Positions 50,945 through 60,724 of a DNA stretch of 64,000 nt are shown piece by piece. Both the position numbers and the translations under genes were made by a program. Where the stretch lies: positions 248,001-312,000 of the forward strand of contig OZ287073.1 of the NCBI GenBank assembly GCA_965645245.1, in the 5' to 3' direction. Within the stretch, counting starts at the first letter, position 1. Every line of letters begins with the position of its first letter. Source of the DNA: Massalongia carnosa (lineage: Eukaryota). The notes below the pieces were generated by a model, which saw nothing but the letters and a program-made list of their open reading frames with translations, made no database searches and was not told the origin of the DNA.

Positions 50945-53900
50945 ATGAGTACCACGCGAAAGATAGTCCTAGGCAAGCCAGCCGATTGAGACACCTGGTT
51001 TTCCTTCGTCCGATCACGGGCCACAAACAGCGGAATTTGGGACCTAGTGAATCCAGAAATCATTACCAAGCCAATAAGCATCCAATCTCCAACGGAACCG
51101 GTGTTCATCTTATCAACAGACGCCGCAACTTTTGACCCAAGAGCCTACGAAGTATACAAGGCACAAACCTGTTGCGAATGCCAAGCCAGCTAGATCATAT
51201 CTGACGTAATATGCCAATGCCCTCGCGTATTTTACTGATATGGGAATGGTTACATCTGAGAATTTCTGGTATCTTCGATGCTTAGAAATTCAGGTCTATA
51301 GACGTTCGAGGAGAATCTCGAATGTTCTGTGATCATGTGTATATAACATCACTCCTACGCATAGCTTAGAGATCAGTCGCAATAATCTGAATTATTTCAT
51401 TCATAGAAGTTCTGTACTATCCAGAGACTTCTGGCACTCTGCCACCTATTTTCTGTGCATTGGGTCCATCATTCTCCATCCATCCCTCCTATTTTAAACA
51501 AAACCCACATCTACAAAATTCAGCTGGCCAAGTACGAAAAGCAGCAAAAGGCATTTGCCGACCTTATTACCTTCATTCAAGATACCATCACAGTCCAAAA
51601 TGCCACCTACATTCAGAAAGAAGAGCCTCACCCATGGAACCAGCTTCGAGCACTGAAAACCCGCATAGCACCGAGCGACTCAGCACGCTTCATAGAGATC
51701 GAGAACAAATATCACAGGTTATGCAAGGGATCAGGCAAGCAGGATATAGAAACATGGTTAGAAGAATGGCAAACAGTCTACACCGATGGCAAGGCATATG
51801 GAGTTGGTGAAATGATGGGAACACGGCCTATTCGTGATTTTATAATGGCCGTTCTTCCCACCGAACCTTCATTTGCCAACGCTCATCTGATCACTTTGGA
51901 CAGCAAGGAAGAGAAAGATTTCCACCCGCTAATTGAGAGCTTTGGTAAATATGTTCGCCTGCATCAAACGCAAAAAAATAAGAATAACAACACGCATTCA
52001 GCTTTTGCAACCGAGAAAAAGAAGGAAGGACAGGGAGCGACATTTAATGGGCAAAAAACGCCTCCCAAATGTCTTTGTGGGTCCGTTCATTGGTACAATG
52101 ACTGCTACTATCTAGTACCAGAGAAGCGGCCCTCAAATTGGACTTCCAGACCCCAAATTCAAACACAGATTGATGAAGCAATGAAAGACCAGCAGTTGAA
52201 AGCTAAGGTAGAAAAACCCCTTCAGCGATCAAAGGAAATACAACAATCAAAAGCCATTAAAACCACCAACACCAACACTGAGAAGGAGTTAGGCGCTTTT
52301 ACATCTACTAAAATATCGTCATCATTCTCGGCAGATAGCTACACAATCAAGAGCTCATGGATATTGGATAACGGGTCTAATATCCATGTGTGCAACAACA
52401 CCATGAAATCGCGCTACACACAGGAAAGGAAATCAATGGGAGAGTATCTAACTGCGGGCACCCAACGCCTAGCAATAGAAAGCTATGGTACGGTCAAAAT
52501 CACCGTATCAACTCCTACCGGACCTCAAAGCATCACACTTCTAAATGTAGCCTATGTATCCAACTTCATGACCAACCTAGTTTCTCAGGACTTGCTCTAT
52601 GTGAAAGGCCTTTACTTTGATGATTGGAAGAATCACCTCCATCGGGAAGGGAAAACGGTTGCTTATGTAAAGCGTTATAACGGCCATTATTTGCTAGAGG
52701 ACAACACATCATCAGATCAAGCATCAGCTTTCCTAGTGCAACAGAAACCAAAGATAGCTATCAATAAAACCGCAACAGCATACGAATGGCATCAGATGCT
52801 AGCCCATGCCTCGGATGAATCTATTCAACATCTCGAGTCATCTACTAGGGGAGTCAAAATATCAGAAGAATCAGAAGGAAAAGTCCCCAAAACCAACGAG
52901 TGCGAACCTTGCGCGTTATTCAAAGCACATCGCATTGTTTCTCGTTCATCAGAAAATGCAGAAACATCAAATGAGCCCTTTTATCGCATCACTTATGATT
53001 TAATGCAGCTCAACACCGCGATGAATAAAGATGAATGGGTTTCACACTTTGCATGCCATGCGACCGATTTCAATATGGTATTTACCCACCCACGCAAAGG
53101 GGATGCATCGAAAATATGCAAGGAGGCAATCAATCTTATTGAGACTCGCTTCAAGGCTAAGATAGTGTTTATTCGGTCAGATGGAGAACGGTCATTGGGC
53201 AATAATTTCAACGACTTGCTTGTTGAAAAGGGCATCACCTATGAATCATCAACACCCGACACACCGGAGCAAAACGGCCACTCTGAGAGAAAAGGGGGAA
53301 TTTTAGCCATGAAAGCAAGGGCAATGAGAATTGACGCAGGACTACCAATTTTCCTATGGCCGGAGATCGTGCGCACCGCAGGATATATAGCTAATCGCAC
53401 ACCAATGAAGAAGCACCAATGGAAAACACCTTACGAGCTAGTCATAGGAAACACGCCCGATCTCAGCTATCTCCACCACTATAGATGCAAAGCGTACACA
53501 CTAAACAAGCAGCTACTAAAGAAGCAAAAACTTCAAGAACGAGCACATATCGGTCATCTAGTAGGGTATGAAGCCAGAAATATCTTTCGAGTATGGATAC
53601 CAAGTCAAAGAAAAGTAATTCGTACGAGGGATGTGATGTTTAATGAGAACACCTATTATGATGCACACGATGTTGACCTACTACAAGCTGTCAACGAACC
53701 TATGCTTGAAATTACCTATGAGCTTCATGATCTGGATCCCATCACCCTTATCACCGAAATAGGATCGGATGATGAAGAGGAGGAAAGTGGAATCGGCATA
53801 AGGGAAAACATACAAGGCATGGAAGAAAATATGGAGGAAATAATTCAGGACAAAAATTCTGGATACGGAAATGCTGCCGAAATTTCATCAGACGACACTT

Positions 53901-55903
53901 ACCTATTAACACCGAGCCCCTCCATTACCAGCTCATCAAGCCCAAACCCATCAATTCATGGTCCAAATCTATCAGAATCAATCACCGCAAAGAGTAAGAA
54001 TTCTAGAAAAGCATCAAGGGATATCAATTCAAGTATCGATACGGATAATATTTTACATGAGGGGATGGGAAGAAGTCGCAATCGCAATAGACGCTATGAA
54101 GCCTATTCGACCGCCTTAGCACAAGCCAAGAATGGCGAGTTGAATTCATATCACGCTGCATTCTCGGCCAATATCATGGCAAGTTCCTACTACATTTCCA
54201 ATCAAGAGCCTAAAAAGGACTATACCCCGACTCGCTTTCATAGAGATAGCTTACCTATTGAACCTGAAAACTATCGTCAAATGCTGAAGCATTCGCATGC
54301 AGAGGGCTTCAAATTAGCCATGCAGATGGAAATTCAGGCGCTTGTTGCAAAGAACACCTGGACCGAGGTCAACATCAATGCAGCAACAATAGCAGGGAAA
54401 ACACCTATTCCAACCATGTGGGTGTTCAAGTACAAACTCGATGAAAAGGGGTATTTAGTCAAATACAAATCAAGACTATGTGCTAGGGGTGATCTTCAAC
54501 GTACCGAGCAAGATACCTTTGCAGCCACCTTGGCCGCACGGATTTTTAGAGCGCTAATGGCTATACTAGCCGCATTTGACCTTGAAACACGCCAGTACGA
54601 CGCAGTCAATGCATTTGCAAATAGTCCTATTGATGAACCTACCTATTGTAAATTGCCCGAGGGGTGGCCTGGATTAGAAAAAGTCAATATTCTACTACTC
54701 CTATTGCGAGCACTATACGGTCTCAAGCAATCACCGGCCCTATGGTACCAAAATCTATCAAAAGTCCTAATCGAGATGAATCTTGAACCCGTCCCGGGGG
54801 TGGACTGCCTTTTCATTAGTCAAGATACTCATATCTTGCTATTCTTCTTCGTGGATTATATCGTCATATTATATGATCGCCGCTACACCAATCAAGTGGA
54901 TCAGTTTCAAGCTCTACTATTTCAGAAGTACGAAATGCGATACTTAGGTCAATTGGAATGGTTTCTAGGAATTCACATCATCAGGGATAGGAATATTCGT
55001 CAGCTATGGCTATGCCAAGATTCATACATTGACAAGCTAATAGCCAAGTTCAACATCAACTTGGACCTCACCAAGCGTTCAACACAATCACCACTACCAC
55101 TAGAAGAATTAACCAAAAATAATTCTATGGCAACAGCTCAAGAAATTCACTCCTGTCAACAGCGGGTAGGATCATTGAATTTTGCCGCAGTCATCACTAG
55201 GCCCGATGTGGCCCAAGCAGCTTCCAAATTATCGGAATTTCTTACCAACCCATCCAAACACCATATGGATTGCGTCAACCGTACCCTCAAATATCTAGCC
55301 CATACTAAGCATCTAGCAATTGTGTTCAACACACAGGCTACTTATTCACGAGAGATATTCTTGGCCAGTAGCGATGCATCCTTCGCAGATGATTCAAGCA
55401 CTAGATATAGCTCTCAAGGCTATGCATTCAAACTATTCAATGGAATGATCGATTGGAAGGCCTCTAAACAGCGCACAGTCACAACTAGCTCAACCGAGGC
55501 CGAATTGCTAGCCATATCAGCCGCAGGGAAAGAATTGATATGGTGGACTCGCTTTTTTCAATCAATAAATTTCCACCTCGATCATCCAACTAGTATTCAA
55601 TGCGATAACCGTCAAACCATTCGAGCCCTAACCACTAACCGCCTTATTACCAAGCTTAGGCATGTGGATATTCACAAGCATTGGCTCCGCCAGGAAATAT
55701 CTAGGGGGAAAATCGGTATAGAATGGGTTTCAACAAATAACATTCTAGCTGATGGACTAACAAAGTCATTACCCCCCCAACGTCAAAAGCAATTCATCAG
55801 GCTATTAGGCCTAGGATATGAGAAAGGAAATGATGAAGATTCCACTGAAGGAGAAAATCTTCATCAAGGGGATGTGTCAGCCAGTTTAGTGGTCAAGCAG
55901 TAA
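50945..55903 (+). pseudogene. Copia-3 gag-pol (early stop and solo-LTR insertion in gag; remainder open)
   Basis: ATG 50945 (MSTTRKIVLGKPAD*); open from 51501. WILDNGS, WHQMLAH, RSDGE, YKSRLCARGD, FVDY in place of YVDD, SDASFADD, ADGLTK. Confidence 0.92.
51170..51500. repeat. Solo LTR (family F) in Copia-3 gag
   Basis: TGTT…AACA; TSD AAACC; removal restores KAQT/HIYKIQ. Confidence 0.88.
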
Positions 55904-56496
55904 GCGATATGTAGCTCGGATACGGTAATCTATTAACCGAATCCCAACATTCTAGTAACTAAGAGAATGGGTGCAAAATCCTTTCAATGCAAGCAATCAT
56001 CACGTCAATTACAAGTGTCTATCTAAAACGTAAATCATTCTTCAATCACCAAGAGCTTAGATCAATAAATCACTAGTTCGGCTATGCTGAGAGCTAGTGC
56101 GTCGTTAATCGAGACAGCTCCCGCTTTGATTTCGGCACCGCATGGATCTCTCGGACGGCATAGATGTCTCAGCACCATAAGGATGTCTCAGCACGGCATA
56201 GAGATCTTAGCACCGCATCGATCCTTCGGACGACAGTTAGGTTTCGGATTTGTGTATGCCTTGCTATGGGCCGCGTTGATGGGGCATACTGGGATGGTAG
56301 AGTAGGACAAGGAGAATAGGAAGAAGATATATAAAGAGGAGGTCCCAGACGGTATCCCTCATCATCTCACATCTCAAGACAATCAAAAAGCATAGCATTT
56401 TGATAGCACTGTTTGCAACGTTTTCTTTTCACCCAATTCAAATTTATACAACCACTACACTTAAATTTACTCTATTCAAATCCCTCTCCTCCAAAA

Positions 56497-57651
56497 ATGG
56501 CCACCCGCATCTCCAACAGAATCACCAAGCCTACCTCCCGCACACAAGGCAGCACTCTAGCCCGTACTAGAACTAGAGCTAGGGCAAATCTAGCCAACTC
56601 CAACCCAGACGTCGAAGTACCCGACTCACAAGACAGCACGGCAACCCTTCAAAGCCATCCTCAACCTTCTCCTCTTCCATCTTCAGCGTTTAATTCCTCC
56701 TCACAAGGGCCTGTTATACCGGAAACCCGTTCTCGCACCCCTGATGACATTATTGAACTTAGAGCACAACGCGAAATGTCCCGCAGGGAAGCCGAGGAAA
56801 GAGAAAGAGTAAGTCTTAGGCGGGATATCGAAACCCAACAAGCACGTGCCCGAGACGTGGTCCCTGGGCCAGTAGCCTCAGCTCAACAGCCTTCCCTATT
56901 ATTTCCGACATCATTTCCACCGCATCGACCAAACTCATTGTATACAGAAGGTATGGATCCTCGTTTTGTTTCTCTTATGAACGAATATCCCACTATCAAG
57001 CCCATATGGATAAAGCAAATCTCCGAGAATACGTTTGACCCAATCAACATTACCAAGCTATGTACCGACATCGACGGAGTTCAAACCAACTCTAGATACG
57101 TCAAACTCGGAGAAGGTCTGGAAATCGCCACGAGAGAAGAAGATGGCTCCTTAAAAGATATCAAAGGGATAGTTCATTTGATACGATGTCTCGGGGTATA
57201 TTGGATGATACTACTACACTTTGCACACCCCGGTCTCCAGATAAACCTGATGAGAGCCTTCATGGCTTATCAGGACCATCTTCTATCATTATACGCCTTC
57301 TACACCTGGGACTCGGTTCGCATCTTTCATTTGAATTTCCACAAATCTCGAGCCTTTCGCGGGATTGACAACCCGGATGGATGGAAAGAAATGGACCATT
57401 CCTTGGAAAGGCATCTTGTGCGGAAACCGTCCGCTTACTTTGCAAAACCGGACGATAATTCTACGGCTTTCAAAACCTCAGGCGAAAAGATTATCTGTAA
57501 GAAATACAACTATGGCAAAGACTGTCCCGTATATTGTAGATTCCAACATGTGTGTGAGAAATGTGGAAAGCAACATCGGGCGATGGACTGTACAAATGGA
57601 AAAAATCAACCCTCTAACCCAAATTCGATGCCTCTCCCATCAAGGCAATGA
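56497..57651 (+). CDS. Gag-like protein of the YR retrotransposon
   Basis: ATG at 56497, TATATAAA at 56328; C-terminal CKKYNYGKDCPVYCRFQHVCEKCGKQHRAMDC zinc-finger cluster. Confidence 0.85.
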   Translation: MATRISNRITKPTSRTQGSTLARTRTRARANLANSNPDVEVPDSQDSTATLQSHPQPSPLPSSAFNSSSQGPVIPETRSRTPDDIIELRAQREMSRREAEERERVSLRRDIETQQARARDVVPGPVASAQQPSLLFPTSFPPHRPNSLYTEGMDPRFVSLMNEYPTIKPIWIKQISENTFDPINITKLCTDIDGVQTNSRYVKLGEGLEIATREEDGSLKDIKGIVHLIRCLGVYWMILLHFAHPGLQINLMRAFMAYQDHLLSLYAFYTWDSVRIFHLNFHKSRAFRGIDNPDGWKEMDHSLERHLVRKPSAYFAKPDDNSTAFKTSGEKIICKKYNYGKDCPVYCRFQHVCEKCGKQHRAMDCTNGKNQPSNPNSMPLPSRQ

Positions 57652-59268
57652 CTAACCGCCCCATTCTTATCCATCGCGGAGTCCTTTCCATACACCTTGA
57701 CGGACAATCTAACAAAGATCCCACCGGGCCCATTGAAGAAAGAAGGCTGGGAGAAACATTTGGCCAATCACCCGGATCGCACTTACACACAAACAATTAT
57801 CGATATCATCACCTACGGTGCCAAAGTTGGTTATACAGGACCACATCAACTCATTATTAGCGATAATCTTGCCTCTGCAAATGAGGCACCGGAAGTTCTT
57901 ACCAATGACCTCGAAGAACAAATAGCTAGTAATCGGTTGGAGAAAGTCAACAACATTCCTTCTTGCTTTATATGTTCCCCATTAGGCCTTGTACCAAAGG
58001 CTAACGGTGGTTGGCGGCGAATCCATCATCTATCGTATCCGGAGAGTAGCTCAGTCAACGACCACATACCGGAAGACTGGGGCTCCCTGGAATATACCAG
58101 CTTCGACGAAGCCATTAGGTTGATTGAGCAACGCGGGCCAGGGTGTATTCTTATTAAAAGAGACTTTGCGGACGCTTTTCGCCACATACCAGTAGCAAAA
58201 AGCGATTGGTGGTTACTAGGTTTCAAGTGGCAGGATTCCTTTTGGATGGATAAATACTTACCCTTTGGGCTGAGAACGTCGCCGTTCCTTTTTGATCTGT
58301 TCGCGAAGGGTATCAACTGGATATTGTACAACTGTGGTTGGAAAGACGCTATTCATTACTTGGATGATTTTTTAATAATAGTCAGCACCGGACCAGATGC
58401 TGAAAAGTTTGATCAAGTTTTCCACAACATTTGTAAAGATCTTGGCATGAAAATCAAGCTCGAAAAGAACAGAACTGGAACGACTTGCGATTTCCTCGGC
58501 ATTGAAATCGATACCGCGCTCATGGAAGCACGCTTGCCTTCCGAAAAGTTACTAAAAGCAAAGACCCTAGTATCGGCAGCTTTGAATAAAAAAGCCATAC
58601 CCAGGAAGGAACTCGACTCTCTTCTAGGATTCTTATGCTTTGCAGCCAGAGTGGTAAAACCAGGAAGAGCCTTTCTACGCCGTCTTTTCAATGCTACGGC
58701 AAGCGTAACCTCTAAACTAATCCATCTTAACAAGGACATGAGGGCTGATCTTCTATGGTGGCATCATTTCCTACCTAAATGGAATGGCATACATCTGCTC
58801 AACCGTACTAGACATACTATGAGAATATGGACAGATGCGTCCGGCTCATATGGTATGGGCGGCTTTATCCTCAGCGAGGATCAAAATTTGCATAATATAC
58901 AAGCAGCCCGGCAGGCTTTTAGCACACGCTTTACTACGCGCCTTAGGGCAAAGCATATCAACGTCAAAGAAATGACAGCAATTCTTCAAGCTATGAAAAA
59001 GTGGCTACCTATATGCAAGGGTAGTCATTTAATCCTCTATTGTGATAGCTACGCTGTCACGAAAGGAGTGAATAAAACCTCTATACGAGGCCAAGCAATG
59101 CATGCCCTGCGGGCAATTACAATGCTAGCTGCATTACATGATATCCAGATAGAAGCGCGATGGATATCATCCAAAGAAAATTATATTGCTGATCTCTTGT
59201 CTAGAGGACTTTTGAAGAAACTGGCTGACAAAATCCCTCAGTTTCAGGCTCTACCCTCAGCAATATAG
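57652..59268 (+). CDS. RT/RNase H of the YR retrotransposon, in frame with gag
   Basis: SPLGLVPK, RRIHHLS, DFADAFRHIP, LPFGLRTSP, HYLDDF, FLGIEID, TDASG, INVKE, CDS, NYIADLLSR. Confidence 0.94.
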   Translation, partial: LTAPFLSIAESFPYTLTDNLTKIPPGPLKKEGWEKHLANHPDRTYTQTIIDIITYGAKVGYTGPHQLIISDNLASANEAPEVLTNDLEEQIASNRLEKVNNIPSCFICSPLGLVPKANGGWRRIHHLSYPESSSVNDHIPEDWGSLEYTSFDEAIRLIEQRGPGCILIKRDFADAFRHIPVAKSDWWLLGFKWQDSFWMDKYLPFGLRTSPFLFDLFAKGINWILYNCGWKDAIHYLDDFLIIVSTGPDAEKFDQVFHNICKDLGMKIKLEKNRTGTTCDFLGIEIDTALMEARLPSEKLLKAKTLVSAALNKKAIPRKELDSLLGFLCFAARVVKPGRAFLRRLFNATASVTSKLIHLNKDMRADLLWWHHFLPKWNGIHLLNRTRHTMRIWTDASGSYGMGGFILSEDQNLHNIQAARQAFSTRFTTRLRAKHINVKEMTAILQAMKKWLPICKGSHLILYCDSYAVTKGVNKTSIRGQAMHALRAITMLAALHDIQIEARWISSKENYIADLLSRGLLKKLADKIPQFQALPSAI

Positions 59269-60284
59269 GACGCGATCCACCCCCATCTTGGTACAGTGAG
59301 GTACCTCTAGACGAAATCGCAGCACGATACCTCTGGTGGGGCCTGGCCACTAAGACAAGATCTTTATACACAACGGCAAGAAAGGGATACGTTCTTTACT
59401 GTAGGGTAAACCTCAACGCGCCACCATTTCCAGCCAACATCCGGACGCTGTCTTCGTGGATCGCAGCGTTGGGTGAACGACGCCTGCAACCAAAAACTAT
59501 TAAGAGCTACTTGACGGGCATAAGATCATGCCAGATAGATATGGGCCTCGGTAATCTCGACGTATTTCATCACCCGGTGTTAGATCGCATCCTTACTGGC
59601 ATAAAGCGAAAGAACGGTGAAGCCGAGAAACGTGAAAGGTTACCAATTACTAGAGAGATCTTAATCAAATTGCTAAGTCGTCTTGATCAAACGAAAGAGA
59701 AAGGCGCAAATTTACATGCGGCGTACTGCTTAGCGTTTGCAGGCTTCTTACGAGCCGGAGAATTTACTTACACAACGCAAGATGTACTAGACCCAAGCTT
59801 TGATCAATGGCACCTCACCAGAAAATCTATTAGGTTCGAAGCAGATCACCTACAGCTCTCTCTACCAGTCTCCAAAACCGATCCCTTTCGCCGAGGCATA
59901 ACACTGACAATTGCGGCTACCAACGATGTTGCTTGTGCACTAGCTTCTCTTACAAATTTATATAGGCGATTCCCAAGTTCTCCGGCCGCACCACTCTTTA
60001 AAAACGGTCAGTCCTTCACTCGAGACTACATTACAACAGCGATGAAATCCACCTTAAGGAACTTGGGCTATATAGGAAATTTCTCTGGCCACTCGTTCAG
60101 AAGAGGTGCGGCAACAACAGCGCGACGGGCAGGACTCACCGAAGACGAGATTCAGATGCTAGGAAGATGGAAGTCAGACGCATACAAGCTTTACATACAA
60201 ACCCACCCCACTTACCTTCTTAACGCCTCAAAACGCCTTCAAACATTACCCACGGAACCTCACAATCCAGTCACTAGGTCCTGA
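59229..60284 (+). CDS. Tyrosine recombinase; frame open from 59229, overlapping the pol end in the -1 frame
   Basis: N-terminal region RYLWWGLATKTRSLY…TIKSYLTGI; catalytic set FAGFLRAGE, SKTD, GHSFRRG, GRWKS, AYKLY. Confidence 0.93.
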   Translation, partial: QNPSVSGSTLSNIGRDPPPSWYSEVPLDEIAARYLWWGLATKTRSLYTTARKGYVLYCRVNLNAPPFPANIRTLSSWIAALGERRLQPKTIKSYLTGIRSCQIDMGLGNLDVFHHPVLDRILTGIKRKNGEAEKRERLPITREILIKLLSRLDQTKEKGANLHAAYCLAFAGFLRAGEFTYTTQDVLDPSFDQWHLTRKSIRFEADHLQLSLPVSKTDPFRRGITLTIAATNDVACALASLTNLYRRFPSSPAAPLFKNGQSFTRDYITTAMKSTLRNLGYIGNFSGHSFRRGAATTARRAGLTEDEIQMLGRWKSDAYKLYIQTHPTYLLNASKRLQTLPTEPHNPVTRS

Positions 60285-60724
60285 ACAACACCGCAAGCGG
60301 GTCGTTCCATGTTGGGGATTGGGAGTCTGTTCACAGCCCAAGGCCTGCGAGAGGGTCTTACATTAGTAGACAGCAAGGCCCTTATCGAGTCCCCCTCTCG
60401 AGGCCGGGGGCTGTGAGCAATAGCCCAAACATACTTAGTAGCAATATAACGAGATTGACACGAACTAGAGCTCAATAAGAATTTAACTACAAGGAAGGAA
60501 AGAAAAGAATAATCATCGCTGAACTCCTAAACATAATCTACCGTGGTGCGCTAGCCAGTCAAGCGACGCGCGCTACTGCTTAGGCGAGTCACGCTGTCCT
60601 GTGACCACCAGAGCATGTCGGGTCAGGCCAGGACCCCTTCTATGGACGACGTCTCGGAGTCGTGAATAATCCGCTCCGTTCATCCAGTTCTTGAATAAAG
60701 AAACGAATAATCCCTTATTCGGAG

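Larger units (their letters stand above)
56073..60468 (+). mobile_element. Tyrosine-recombinase (DIRS/Ngaro-superfamily) retrotransposon, apparently intact
   Basis: gag, RT/RNase H and YR genes; 8-bp TIR CTAGTTCG…CGAACTAG; inserted into the Copia-3 3' LTR between AAATCA and AGCTCAATA with no TSD. Confidence 0.93.
50611..60477 (+). mobile_element. Ty1/Copia element (Copia-3) with nested solo LTR and YR retrotransposon
   Basis: 5' LTR 50611-50812; copia-type PBS-like GTTATGAGCCC; 3' LTR 55875-56072 plus 60469-60477; TSD AGAAT at 50606-50610 and 60478-60482. Confidence 0.95.

Noticed and set aside
59229..60284. Starship captain, Crypton or phage integrase
   Set aside because: The YR lies downstream of gag and RT/RNase H in a 4.4-kb unit with no cargo genes, which fits a YR retrotransposon.
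60280..60468. Helitron 3' end (hairpin plus CTAG) or hammerhead ribozyme
   Set aside because: No Rep/helicase, no 5' TC or A|T target, and no CTGA-N-GA/GAAA core.
60483..60720. 3' LTR of Gypsy-3
   Set aside because: A PPT-like GAAGGGG is present on the minus strand near 60634-60640, but without the partner LTR in the window the boundaries cannot be supported.
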